Source of the DNA: an uncultured virus (IMG/VR IMGVR_UViG_3300035454_002149)
Taxonomy: Duplodnaviria > Heunggongvirae > Uroviricota > Caudoviricetes
Strand: one strand, 5' to 3'
Length of the DNA stretch: 20,000 bases
Virus record (IMG/VR): IMGVR_UViG_3300035454_002149
How positions within the stretch are numbered: the first letter of the stretch is position 1; the number at the start of each line of letters is the position of its first letter. This document shows, piece by piece, positions 1 through 8,633 of the stretch. The notes beneath the pieces were generated by a model. It had not been told where the DNA came from and did not search any database. It worked only from the letters and a program-made list of their open reading frames with translations. A program made the translations under genes and the position numbers.

Positions 1-1800
1 CCACCTGTGGTTATATTTCCGCCTGTGACATTACCTGTGGCGGTAACCAAACCGGTAGTAGTTAAGTTGCCACCAATGACGTTGCCGCTTGCTGAAACAG
101 TGACACCTTGCACCAACGCAGCTGATATCAAATTGCCACCGTTGATGTTGCCCGTGGCACTGACCAATCCAGTGGTACGTAGGTTACCAGCTTGTACGTT
201 TCCAGTAACTGAAGCTACGCCAGCGGTATTAAGGTTACCGCCAGTGATGTTGCCTGTGGCTGTGATCAGTCCACCTGTGACCAAATTGGCGCCGGTGATG
301 TTACCGGAAGCCGAAACGGTTGCAGAATTCACAGCGCTGGTTATGTTGGCATTGCCACCAACTAAGTTTCCGCTCGCTGAAACAGTGACACCTTGCACCA
401 ACGCAGCTGATATCAAATTACCGCCATTGATGTTGCCAGTGGCACTGACTAAACCAGCGGTAGTTACGTTACCACCAATGACGTTGCCGCTGCCACTAAC
501 CGTGACACCTTGTACTAGTGCAGCAGATATCAAGTTGCCACCATTGACATTTCCTGTGACTGATACGAGCCCAGCGGTGCGTAGGTTACCGGCTTGTACG
601 TTACCAATAACCGATGATGATTCTAAGTAGGCATTTCCTGCCTGGAATGTTCCATATGATGTTACTGTGATAACATCATTGGCGATGCTTACGCTGTTGG
701 CAACAATTATATTTCCGGTTGAGTTATCCCAACCCATAAATGCATTACCAGCAGCAGTGGTATAATATGTCAATAACGTACCGCGATCTTTACCGTCATT
801 TGATACCAACGCATTACCATTGGGCCCACCACCCAACTGGATGATCGGATCTTCAACACGTAAATCGTCAATATTGATATAGGTTAAGTTGCCCTGTACA
901 ACAAGGTTACCGCCTACTAATGCATCGCCTGATACACTTAGATTTGCAGTACTAAGGGTTCCGGCGGTGACAAGATTTCCACCGGTGACATTACCTGTAG
1001 CTGATACTTGTCCACCTGTAAGTACATTACCACCGGTGATGTTACCGGATGCTGACACAGTTGCAGAATTTACAGCACTGGTTATATTGGCATTACCACC
1101 AACTAAGTTTCCGCTTGCTGAAACAGTGACGCCTTGCACTAATGCGGCTGATATCAAGTTGCCACCCGTGACGTTGCCTGTGGCCGATACTAATCCTGTA
1201 GTTCTTAGATTACCTGCTTGTACGTTTCCAGTGACCGATGCCACACCACCTGTGTTAAGGTTACCACCAGTGACATTTCCTGTGGCCGATACAAGACCAG
1301 CGGTATTCACATTGCCGGCTATAACATTACCACTGGATGATAGTGTAACACCTTGTACTAAGGCTTGGGAAATAACATTTCCGCCAGTGACGTTGCCTGT
1401 GGCTGTTACTACACCTGCGGTGGTTATGTTTCCACCCGTGACGTTGCCTGTAGCACTAACCACACCAGCGGTAGTTAGGTTACCACCTATGACGTTACCA
1501 GTGACTGACGCTACACCTGCGGTATTAAGGTTACCACCAGTGACATTTCCTGTAGCAGTTACTACACCAGCGGTGGTTATGTTTCCACCTGTGACGTTAC
1601 CAGTGGCCAATACGAGACCAGCAGTACGTAGATTTCCTGCTTGTACGTTTCCAGTAACTGATGCTACACCACCTGTGTTGAGGTTGCCACCCGTGACGTT
1701 GCCTGTGGCTGATACGAGACCAGCTGTTAAAAAGTTTCCACTGGTGGTATTACCAGTGACTATTAAGTTTCCAACTATGTTACCGATGGTAACATTACCA
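1..1800 (-). repeat. Intragenic 17-aa (51-nt) GN(V/I)TGGNLxTxGxVSAT tandem repeats, with longer variants (GNLISAALVQGVTVSAS)
   Basis: Visible in translation. Near-identical nucleotide copies occur at ~85-155, ~370-440 and ~1110-1180. The array is interrupted by a non-repetitive domain at ~610-930. Confidence 0.85.
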
Positions 1801-2258
1801 AGATTTACCGTACCTGTGATGTTGGCATTGGCTGCTGTAAGCGTGTCAGTCTGCAATGATGCATAAGAAAGTATATTGGCTTGTGTATTAGTAGTGGCCG
1901 AATCAGTAAAAATAGTTGCAAACTGGTTAGAATTTTCGTCCCAGATAAATGCGATATTGTTAGAAGTACCGCGCTCTCCAATGAAACCAATATCTAGCGT
2001 AGGAGTACCGGTTTGTTCTTTGGCCAGCAAGATCAGCGGATCTTCGACTACCAAGTTAACTGTGTCAATGCTGGTAGTATTACCGTTGACTGTCAAGTTA
2101 CCGCTGATGGTGAGATCGGATCCGTAGACCAAGTTGTTGGAGATTTTACCAGATGTGATGGTGTAATCCTGCAGTTTTGTGGCAGCATTTACACCTAGAT
2201 ATACGTTGCCCGTACTCGCATCTGTGATCTGATTGTTGTTGATCCTCGTAATAGCCAT
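1..2258 (-). CDS. Long repeat-rich virion fibre/tail-associated protein, 3'-truncated by the window edge (>750 aa)
   Basis: Absent from the ORF track because no stop falls in the window. ATG at 2258 follows a GGAGA RBS. Translates MAITRINNNQITDASTGNVYLGVNAATKLQDYTITSGKISNNLVYGSDLTISGNLTVNGNTTSIDTVNLVVEDPLILLA..., then many GNVTGGNLxTxGxVSAT repeats. Confidence 0.85.
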   Translation of the reverse strand, partial: MAITRINNNQITDASTGNVYLGVNAATKLQDYTITSGKISNNLVYGSDLTISGNLTVNGNTTSIDTVNLVVEDPLILLAKEQTGTPTLDIGFIGERGTSNNIAFIWDENSNQFATIFTDSATTNTQANILSYASLQTDTLTAANANITGTVNLGNVTIGNIVGNLIVTGNTTSGNFLTAGLVSATGNVTGGNLNTGGVASVTGNVQAGNLRTAGLVLATGNVTGGNITTAGVVTATGNVTGGNLNTAGVASVTGNVIGGNLTTAGVVSATGNVTGGNITTAGVVTATGNVTGGNVISQALVQGVTLSSSGNVIAGNVNTAGLVSATGNVTGGNLNTGGVASVTGNVQAGNLRTTGLVSATGNVTGGNLISAALVQGVTVSASGNLVGGNANITSAVNSATVSASGNITGGNVLTGGQVSATGNVTGGNLVTAGTLSTANLSVSGDALVGGNLVVQGNLTYINIDDLRVEDPIIQLGGGPNGNALVSNDGKDRGTLLTYYTTAAGNAFMGWDNSTGNIIVANSVSIANDVITVTSYGTFQAGNAYLESSSVIGNVQAGNLRTAGLVSVTGNVNGGNLISAALVQGVTVSGSGNVIGGNVTTAGLVSATGNINGGNLISAALVQGVTVSASGNLVGGNANITSAVNSATVSASGNITGANLVTGGLITATGNITGGNLNTAGVASVTGNVQAGNLRTTGLVSATGNINGGNLISAALVQGVTVSASGNVIGGNLTTTGLVTATGNVTGGNITTG

Positions 2259-2279
2259 TACTAATCTCCGTCTATGCGA

Positions 2280-2285
2280 TATTTA
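2280..2285 (-). promoter_or_regulatory. T4-late-type promoter motif (CTAAATA)
   Basis: TAAATA lies upstream of the RBS and ATG 2258; the motif recurs before most genes in the window. Confidence 0.55.
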
Positions 2286-2317
2286 GCACAAACAGCAAAT
2301 TAGGAAATTGGGAGAAA

Positions 2318-3451
2318 TTACAGGAATCTTATGTCAATGACGTCACTGACCAGCGGCGCTTGGCTAAAAGTCAACTGATTTCCGATCACAGTATAGGCTA
2401 CTCCGGGTAGCTGTACCACGCCGTTGATCATGATCAAAACTGCTGCTTCAGTGGTGGCGCGGTCAAGAGTGAACAATGTTGTGACGTTGTCACCGTTAAG
2501 GATTTGATTTGTGACTTCGCTGACCACGCTATCCCACTCAGTGCCATCATAAACTTCCATGCGCTGTGTTTCAGTATTGAAACGCAAGGTGCCTGTTAGA
2601 GGCGACCCAGGACGCTGGGCTATATTGCCTACAGGAACTACCAATCCTGTAGTGGTATCGATTATAGCCAGTGCAGTTCCGGTAGGTTTTAAAGTGATAT
2701 TTCCTGTGGCCAGCGACGTAGAAATCGTGGTATTTGATATGGTTATATTGCCCAGGCTGATATTGCCCGTACCAGAAAAATTACTGGCGGTTATGGTACC
2801 TGCAGCGGAAACATTCCCGCTGGTAGTTAAATTTCCACCGGTGACGTTGCCAGTGGCGCTGACCAATCCAGTGGTGCGCAAATTACCACCCTGTATGTTG
2901 CCCGTAGCACTGACCACACCGGCTGTAGTTAGGTTACCTCCTGTGACGTTGCCAGTGGCGCTGACCAATCCAGTGGTGCGCAAATTACCTGCTTGTACGT
3001 TGCCTGTTATTGACGCCACACCTGCTGTGTTTAAGTTCCCACCTGTGATGTTGCCAGTGGCGCTGATCAGTCCAGTGGTACGGACATTTCCGGCCTGCAC
3101 ATTGCCGGTAGCGCTGACAAAAGTGTTGGAAGTGATGCTGTTGACCAGTAGATTGCCGCCGTTGACGATGTTTCCAATATCAATATTACCAACTAGTATA
3201 TCCTCAAAAACACCAATGTTTCCAGTGACGTTTCCTGAAGCTGATACACCATTGGCAAAAAGAGTAGTGGTGATATTGCAATTGCCATTGACTGTGAGGA
3301 TGTGTGTGGTAGCAGCAGTATTGACACCGACCCTGCCATTGATGACATCAATGAATAGCACATCAACTAACCCGCTGGTCTGCACAGAGAGATTTGAACC
3401 GCGTACTAGATCTTCCGCTAGGATGTTACCGCGTATATAATTGATGGCCAT
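2318..3451 (-). CDS. Virion fibre/baseplate-associated structural protein with 17-aa repeats
   Basis: 377-aa ORF with the same GNVTGGNL repeats (exact 47-nt duplicate at 2841 and 2943). Also has a 'PVG..AQRP...GTLRFNTE...EVYDGTEW' fibre motif and a C-terminal 'GD.VTTLFTL...INGVVQ.P..AYTV...LTFSQAP' beta domain. Confidence 0.75.
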   Translation of the reverse strand: MAINYIRGNILAEDLVRGSNLSVQTSGLVDVLFIDVINGRVGVNTAATTHILTVNGNCNITTTLFANGVSASGNVTGNIGVFEDILVGNIDIGNIVNGGNLLVNSITSNTFVSATGNVQAGNVRTTGLISATGNITGGNLNTAGVASITGNVQAGNLRTTGLVSATGNVTGGNLTTAGVVSATGNIQGGNLRTTGLVSATGNVTGGNLTTSGNVSAAGTITASNFSGTGNISLGNITISNTTISTSLATGNITLKPTGTALAIIDTTTGLVVPVGNIAQRPGSPLTGTLRFNTETQRMEVYDGTEWDSVVSEVTNQILNGDNVTTLFTLDRATTEAAVLIMINGVVQLPGVAYTVIGNQLTFSQAPLVSDVIDIRFL

Positions 3452-3468
3452 TGGATATCCTTATTGGA

Positions 3469-3475
3469 TATTTAT
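3469..3475 (-). promoter_or_regulatory. Late promoter motif ATAAATA overlapping the upstream stop codon
   Basis: CCATAAATATCC; its TAA is the stop of 3472..3873. Confidence 0.55.
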
Positions 3476-3873
3476 GGGTTATCGCTGTGGATGACCGAGA
3501 TGGGCTCGCCCGCAGGTGGGGCACTAGTAAAAGTGATGTCAAACCCGCCGTTTACTGTATAAGCAGTAATGGGATCTTGGTAGATTGATCCCACGAATAC
3601 TATGATCTGGGCAGTAGAACTTTCGACTTCGGACATGGTGAATACCGTAGTCACCCCGTCTCCAGTGAAACTGTCTACAGTATAAATCAATGATCCAGAA
3701 GCGCCCAACTGAACGAATTGTATTCCATTGAAGAATTCTACTCCAGCTAGATCGGTGTTGTACCGCATGAGTCCAAAAACCGGCGCTTGCGGGCGCACAG
3801 CAGATCCACCGGCAGGTAAAACTACTCCCGTGGACCCTGATTGCAGCTGGCGATTCTTGACGAAAATTCCCAT
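3472..3873 (-). CDS. Small virion structural protein, paralogous to the C-terminal part of 2318..3451
   Basis: 'PAG..AVRP...GLMRYNTD...EFFNG' plus 'FTGDGVTTVFTM...VGSIYQDP..AYTV...ITFTSAP'. Confidence 0.7.
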   Translation of the reverse strand: MGIFVKNRQLQSGSTGVVLPAGGSAVRPQAPVFGLMRYNTDLAGVEFFNGIQFVQLGASGSLIYTVDSFTGDGVTTVFTMSEVESSTAQIIVFVGSIYQDPITAYTVNGGFDITFTSAPPAGEPISVIHSDNP

Positions 3874-4187
3874 TATACTGATGTGTAACTGGTCACTGTG
3901 GTTATGGCGTTGTTGGCGCTGGCATCGACTTGTATAGAATCTCCATTGGCCATGATCAATTTTTCGTTTCCAGCGTAAAACTGATAAGTGTCGTTGGCTG
4001 TGATCAATAATTGGCTCAGCACTATGTTAGTGTTGCCTGCCGATCCACCACTGGGAACGACGTATACGTTGGCTGTGATGTTACCAGCGGTATAGTTGCA
4101 GATGCTCATGAAAGTCACCGCAGTAGTATTGGTGCTGACATAGGCATTTGATGGCGATGTTGTGATATTTCCTACTGCTAGACTCAT
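3873..4187 (-). CDS. Small beta-rich phage structural protein (hypothetical)
   Basis: 104-aa ORF with AAGGA RBS; its stop overlaps the next ATG (TAATG). Confidence 0.7.
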   Translation of the reverse strand: MSLAVGNITTSPSNAYVSTNTTAVTFMSICNYTAGNITANVYVVPSGGSAGNTNIVLSQLLITANDTYQFYAGNEKLIMANGDSIQVDASANNAITTVTSYTSV

Positions 4188-4196
4188 GATAATTCC

Positions 4197-4832
4197 TTAA
4201 AATATGATAGAATACAGTTTTGCTTTGGTAGCACTGATCAGCTCGTCGTTGTTGCTAGGACTGGCCACATAATAAATTCCCGAACCACCGCTGCTGGGAG
4301 TGTTGGCGTAGATGATTGAAGTGCTGGGCCAAGCCGATGGAACATTGCCTTGATTGCTGAATGCTATGGTTCCGTTGATCGCTACTTGGCTTGTGACTTT
4401 GTTAAAAGTAAAAGCAGAATTTCCCGCTACTACTCCACTGTCATTGAATTGCACATCGGTGTTGGCACCGCCCGCAGTGGCCGGATCAAGATCGGTGGTC
4501 AGATTTGCCCAAGTTCCCGTGAGACCAGAAGAATCTGTGCTGTCACTGATCTGCCAAGTGCTGGTATTGTTATTATAACGCAATCCAGCAAAGTCAGACG
4601 CGGTCTTGTGCGTGAGGATACCAGAATTGCTGGAATACGAAGCGGTATTGCTGCTGTTCAATAATATGAAAGGATCCCGGATGTTGAGTTCTTCAACATT
4701 GATATAAGTCAAATTTCCAGACACATCAAGATTGCCCCGGATTTCAAGGGTATTGGTCGTGACAACGACATTGTCTTGTGCATTGATCGTGGTGATATTG
4801 TAATCACCATCTATACGCTTATACGTGGGCAT
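4197..4832 (-). CDS. Phage fibre-like structural protein
   Basis: 211 aa. Shares the 'GNL.V.GNLTYIN...L...DP.I.L' module with the 1..2258 protein and has a 'GG.NTDVQFND.G..AG.SAFTFNK' fibre-type motif. Confidence 0.7.
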   Translation of the reverse strand: MPTYKRIDGDYNITTINAQDNVVVTTNTLEIRGNLDVSGNLTYINVEELNIRDPFILLNSSNTASYSSNSGILTHKTASDFAGLRYNNNTSTWQISDSTDSSGLTGTWANLTTDLDPATAGGANTDVQFNDSGVVAGNSAFTFNKVTSQVAINGTIAFSNQGNVPSAWPSTSIIYANTPSSGGSGIYYVASPSNNDELISATKAKLYSIIF

Positions 4833-5417
4833 TTATAGATCCTTTGATGTATTTATTCGGCGCAAGAAATCACCTAGATCCATTCTGAGCAGATTTTTAG
4901 CATCTGCCAGCTCGGGCGCTTCTGCTGTGCTGGGCCCGTGTACCCTGAAAAAACTAGCAGAAGGAAAGTCACCAGCCACTGTTTTTATCTGCCGTATCCA
5001 GTTGCCCGAAAATGTAGGTTCTGCAAATGATGGCTTGTAAAACTCTGTGTCAGCATAGATGTTGTTGAATTTTTCGCCCGGGGCGGATCCCAGATCAAAC
5101 CCCAACAAATATATCTCTTTGTGCCCGTCCAAAGCTGCCAATCCTGCTGCTATAGGACCCGAACTGAACCCGTGATAGGGTTTGGGCACGATCATCGCCC
5201 CTGTGCCTGGGCGCGGCCGCCGTGTGTAAAAACGATGATGCTGGCTGTAACCAGAATCTTGTATGGCCTGGGCTATGGGCGCATCCGTGGCCACTAGAGC
5301 CGTGACCGTGTGCGTGCGATATAGGGCATTACACCCATATACCGATCCCAAAGTCAAGAGCAAGTCGATGTCGATGTTTTCCCGGCTGCGGCCGTTGCCT
5401 AGCACGAATGCGGTCAT
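4833..5417 (-). CDS. GT42/CstII- or Maf/MptE-like nucleotide-sugar transferase-fold protein
   Basis: Motifs FVLGNGRSR, VYGCNALY and SSG..A..LA..DGHKEIYLLGFD parallel the GNGPS / CN / SG...GYKEIYL.G.D motifs of that fold. Confidence 0.55.
   Translation of the reverse strand: MTAFVLGNGRSRENIDIDLLLTLGSVYGCNALYRTHTVTALVATDAPIAQAIQDSGYSQHHRFYTRRPRPGTGAMIVPKPYHGFSSGPIAAGLAALDGHKEIYLLGFDLGSAPGEKFNNIYADTEFYKPSFAEPTFSGNWIRQIKTVAGDFPSASFFRVHGPSTAEAPELADAKNLLRMDLGDFLRRINTSKDL
4850..4856 (-). promoter_or_regulatory. Late promoter motif ATAAATA inside the end of the upstream gene
   Basis: AATAAATAC followed by an AAAGGA RBS and ATG 4832. Confidence 0.5.
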
Positions 5418-5452
5418 AAAAAATCCTCTCTGTATGTAGCCCAGAGAGGATT
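5418..5452 (-). terminator. Hairpin plus U-tract (intrinsic terminator) that also sequesters the downstream RBS
   Basis: Minus strand reads AATCCTCTCTG-GGCTACATA-CAGAGAGGATT-TTTT-ATG, an 11-bp perfect stem. Confidence 0.65.
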
Positions 5453-5470
5453 GGGGTTGCCAGCAATCGA

Positions 5471-5980
5471 TTACGAGTTGTAGTTCTCGATGAGGCCCAG
5501 CGTGACTGTCTGACCTTGTGTGCCTGACTTGATGGCTGTGCTGCCGCCGTCAAAGAAGTTGGCCACATAGCGCACGGGAGGTGTGCTGTAGTCCAAGGCC
5601 CACTTGTTGGTGAGTTTGGAAACACGCACAGGTGTAGAATCACCCTCATCCATGGTGATGGTCATGGTGTTGTCAGTGAGATCACCGTCATCAAGGTCTG
5701 CTAATACGCAAACACCAGTGTTGGTGCCATCGGACACCAGGTACTTGATGGTACCTTTCTGGCGGATGATGTAACCGTCGGCTTCGGCATTGCCACCGAT
5801 CTTCACACGCACTTTGACTGTGGGATATGTGGATGTATCGACTGTGTCGTTACCGCCTACCACACCGTAGAATTCTGTGGCTGCCATGGTGTTGGGGAAC
5901 ACAGGCACTTCAACTGCGTTGAATGCATTGAAACCAATGTCTTTGGTGGTTGTTTTTTTGATTTTGAGAGGACGTCCCAT
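5471..5980 (-). CDS. Putative virion (head-associated) structural protein
   Basis: 169-aa ORF starting MGRPLKIKK, with a strong AGGAGA RBS and its own late promoter, located downstream of the capsid gene. Function is inferred from position. Confidence 0.65.
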   Translation of the reverse strand: MGRPLKIKKTTTKDIGFNAFNAVEVPVFPNTMAATEFYGVVGGNDTVDTSTYPTVKVRVKIGGNAEADGYIIRQKGTIKYLVSDGTNTGVCVLADLDDGDLTDNTMTITMDEGDSTPVRVSKLTNKWALDYSTPPVRYVANFFDGGSTAIKSGTQGQTVTLGLIENYNS

Positions 5981-5984
5981 TTTG

Positions 5985-6073
5985 TTTTCTCCTATAAAGA
6001 AGTCCGATGTGGGTTCTAGCCACTACGCGGTGGGTTAACGCCGCATAAACGCAGGATGCGTCAAGTATTTAGC
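5985..6073 (-). promoter_or_regulatory. Late promoter (GCTAAATA, ~6066-6073) and structured 5' leader
   Basis: Hairpins ACGCA-TCC-TGCGT, TATGCGG...CCGCGTA and GTGG-CTAGAAC-CCAC precede the RBS. Confidence 0.5.
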
Positions 6074-6100
6074 AAAATATACTATCATAATCTCTGTGGT

Positions 6101-6107
6101 TTAAATA
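6101..6107 (+). promoter_or_regulatory. Late promoter motif TTAAATA 4 nt before ATG (leaderless-type)
   Basis: TTAAATA-TCCC-ATG with no RBS. Confidence 0.5.
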
Positions 6108-6111
6108 TCCC

Positions 6112-7260
6112 ATGGATCTAGAACAGTTGATAGAGCAGGGAAACCAACATCGAGCAGATCGTCGTCCCGATCTAGCACTCCAATGCTACGCACAGGTATT
6201 CGTAGCCAATCCCGATCATGCGGCGGCCTGGAACAACTATGGCAACGTCATCCGGGAGATGGGCCACCCAGATCGCAGCATTCCTTTCTTGGAACACTGC
6301 CTGAGGCTAGATCCCAATCACGAACAAGCCAACTTCAATCTGGCCGTGAGTCTGTTGCTCATGGGGGATTATCCGCGGGGGTGGCAACAATACGAACGCC
6401 GTTGGCAGTTTGAACATCTCCGTGGTCAACTACCCAACTTTCCGCAACCTCGCTGGTCGGGCGAGTCTCTGCAGGGCAAGACCTTGCTGATCATAGGCGA
6501 ACAAGGTCTGGGTGATTGCATCCAGTTTGTGAGATTCGTTAATGACATTGGTGAGCAAGGTGGCCGGGTGATATTAGTGGTGCCAGATCAACTGATACCG
6601 CTGTTTGGTACCAACCACACAGTGACGGCCACTGTGGGCTACGCAGATCCATTGCCACCGTTTGATTTCTGGACTCCCATGATGAGCATACCCGGAGTGT
6701 TGGGATTAAAATTACAAGATCTCGCCTCGCCTATCAGTTATATCTCTGCAGATACCAGCAAAACAGCAGCGTGGAACCAACTTCTGGGTGTCAAAACACG
6801 CATGCGGGTGGGAGTATCTTGGTCCGGGCGGAGAGATACCTGGATCAATCAACACAAATCAGTGCCGTTTGATCTGATATTGGAGATGATCCAAAATAAT
6901 CCCGAGTACCAGTGGATCAATCTGCAGATTGACGCCAGCGACGAAGAAAGCCAGAAACTGTCAGCAGCAGGTGTGGATCTCTACCCCGGGACCATCCGGG
7001 ACATGAGTGATACTGCTGCGCTGATCTCTAATCTCGATGTGGTGATCAGTGTGGACACGGCCGTGAGCCATTTAAGTGGTGCATTGGGACGCCCTACTTG
7101 GATCATGTTGAATCACTACGGTGTTGATTGGCGCTGGCTACTGGATCGCGGAGACAGTCCGTGGCACCCAACCGCAAGATTATTCCGGCAGCCCGCAATG
7201 GATCAGTGGGGACCAGTGCTGGAACGCATCCAAAAATTCCTTAAAGTTTTTACGATCTAA
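6112..7260 (+). CDS. TPR-repeat glycosyltransferase (GT9-like C-terminus, FlbA-like architecture)
   Basis: N-terminal TPRs (NPDHAAAWNNYGNV; LDPNHEQANFNLA), then GW..YE.RW, EQGLGDCIQFVRF and LDVVISVDTAVSHLSGALGRPTW...DWRW...SPW...RLFRQ. Confidence 0.85.
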   Translation: MDLEQLIEQGNQHRADRRPDLALQCYAQVFVANPDHAAAWNNYGNVIREMGHPDRSIPFLEHCLRLDPNHEQANFNLAVSLLLMGDYPRGWQQYERRWQFEHLRGQLPNFPQPRWSGESLQGKTLLIIGEQGLGDCIQFVRFVNDIGEQGGRVILVVPDQLIPLFGTNHTVTATVGYADPLPPFDFWTPMMSIPGVLGLKLQDLASPISYISADTSKTAAWNQLLGVKTRMRVGVSWSGRRDTWINQHKSVPFDLILEMIQNNPEYQWINLQIDASDEESQKLSAAGVDLYPGTIRDMSDTAALISNLDVVISVDTAVSHLSGALGRPTWIMLNHYGVDWRWLLDRGDSPWHPTARLFRQPAMDQWGPVLERIQKFLKVFTI

Positions 7261-7856
7261 TCTGTTTGCCAACTCTTGGTATAACTGTACACCCATGTGG
7301 GTCTCACCGTGGTGTTGCTTTGGTACTGCCGATTTGAATTGTCAGAGCTGGATGATTCGGTGATCCGGCATTCAAACACATGCTGGGAAAAATCGTCTAG
7401 AGCACCACCGGTGACCCCAGATCCCTGGCGCACGTAAGTGACCATGGGCGATAGATAATCCAACAACCAAGGTGCCATATCCCTACTGCCTTGATCGGTT
7501 TCTGTGCGACCGGTATATGCTACCCCAACTCCGTTGAAGCTGTTGGGGTTCACGCGCCTGACCACTGCCCAACGGCCCGTGATGGTGATCTGGCAAGACT
7601 CTGGGGGATATGTGATCTGGGTACCAGGATCGGTGTAAGCGGTGAGCTCAGAACCAGGAGGTATTGACCATGCCTGGGCCCGTAGATACAGTTCGCCACC
7701 CGACTCGGGACTGGGATAGGTCATGCTGAGACCAAACGTGGCTCCATCGTTGTATCCTGCGCCACTGAATCTCCATAGACCCGGTGCGACGACTTCTAGG
7801 CCATTGGAGGCTGTGAGTTCTGCTTGTCCCTGGAATGGTGTGATGAAAGTGGGCAT
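7257..7856 (-). CDS. Hypothetical protein
   Basis: 199-aa ORF preceded by GGTAAATA 4 nt upstream; converges on the GT gene with a 4-nt overlap. No family recognised. Confidence 0.6.
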   Translation of the reverse strand: MPTFITPFQGQAELTASNGLEVVAPGLWRFSGAGYNDGATFGLSMTYPSPESGGELYLRAQAWSIPPGSELTAYTDPGTQITYPPESCQITITGRWAVVRRVNPNSFNGVGVAYTGRTETDQGSRDMAPWLLDYLSPMVTYVRQGSGVTGGALDDFSQHVFECRITESSSSDNSNRQYQSNTTVRPTWVYSYTKSWQTD

Positions 7857-7860
7857 GCTT

Positions 7861-7866
7861 TATTTA
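7861..7866 (-). promoter_or_regulatory. Late promoter motif TAAATA overlapping the HNH stop codon
   Basis: GGTAAATAAAGCATG. Confidence 0.5.
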
Positions 7867-8628
7867 CCGGGGCCTGGCTTGGGCACAGTTAGGGCCGTGC
7901 CAGCGGGGGTAGGTATTGACCGCGATCATCTGTTGGCAGTGGGGGCAGAGTAGTTTGGGTTTGATTTTGCCTCGGTTCGCTTCTGCTCGGCGTGCTTTTT
8001 CTTCTTCAGTTTGTTTCCTACCTCGTATCTTGTTGCCAATCTTTTGACGAGTTGAATCTAAGACTTCTACTCCCCATCGATTGTTTTTTTCTCCGCGCTT
8101 ACTCTCAGCCATCTTGGCTCGCCATTCTTCACTAAATGGCGCACGTTTTTTTCCTAACTTGCTTTCTGCGATTTTTTGTCTTGCTTCTTCTGTTTTTGCT
8201 CCATTATTATCGCCGGATACAGCCGCACGTTGTCGTTGTTTCCCTTCTTCGCTGCGATAAAACTTGTCACCGTACATTGGATTGTTTTCCCCGCTAACCT
8301 TCTCACTTTGTAATCGTGCGTATTCTTTTTTGAGATTCTCATACACCCGAGCTGTTATCTTTGTATGATATCTTTTTTGTCCTGGATTCTCTGCCCGCAT
8401 CATTCTAAGAGCGTTAATCATCTTGTAATGATCTTCTCCGGTGGTCATCTTGACTAACAGCCAATGGCAAATAAAGTGTTCGCGGGGTGTAATAAACGCT
8501 ATATTTTCTTTTTCATCTGTACCGCCGAGACTACGTGGCGTAATGTGATGGCGCTCGTAAGGTGGCTCAAGGACTCTTCCTTGTGCTCTTTGGATAATTT
8601 GATTATACCATTTGGTGTATTTGTTCAT
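7864..8628 (-). CDS. Free-standing HNH homing endonuclease with NUMOD3 repeats and a C-terminal Zn-binding motif
   Basis: ERHHITPRSLGGTD...N...ITPREHFICH (HNH); GENNPMYG, TEEARQKIAESK and FSEEWRAKMAESKRGEKN (NUMOD3-like); CPHC...HGPNC. Start moved to ATG 8628 (MNKYTKWY), just after TATAAATA. Confidence 0.85.
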   Translation of the reverse strand: MNKYTKWYNQIIQRAQGRVLEPPYERHHITPRSLGGTDEKENIAFITPREHFICHWLLVKMTTGEDHYKMINALRMMRAENPGQKRYHTKITARVYENLKKEYARLQSEKVSGENNPMYGDKFYRSEEGKQRQRAAVSGDNNGAKTEEARQKIAESKLGKKRAPFSEEWRAKMAESKRGEKNNRWGVEVLDSTRQKIGNKIRGRKQTEEEKARRAEANRGKIKPKLLCPHCQQMIAVNTYPRWHGPNCAQARPR

Positions 8629-8633
8629 AATGT

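Noticed and set aside
1..3100. Possible CRISPR array or DGR template/variable repeats
   Set aside because: The repeats are in-frame coding units that differ mostly at synonymous positions. There are no unique spacers, no adenine-specific variation and no reverse transcriptase or cas gene in the window.
7..3440. Long plus-strand ORFs (7..630, 889..1866, 2559..3440) with PPVTLPVA repeats
   Set aside because: These are antisense shadows of the Gly/Asn/Thr repeat genes; the minus-strand frames carry the RBS and promoter signals.
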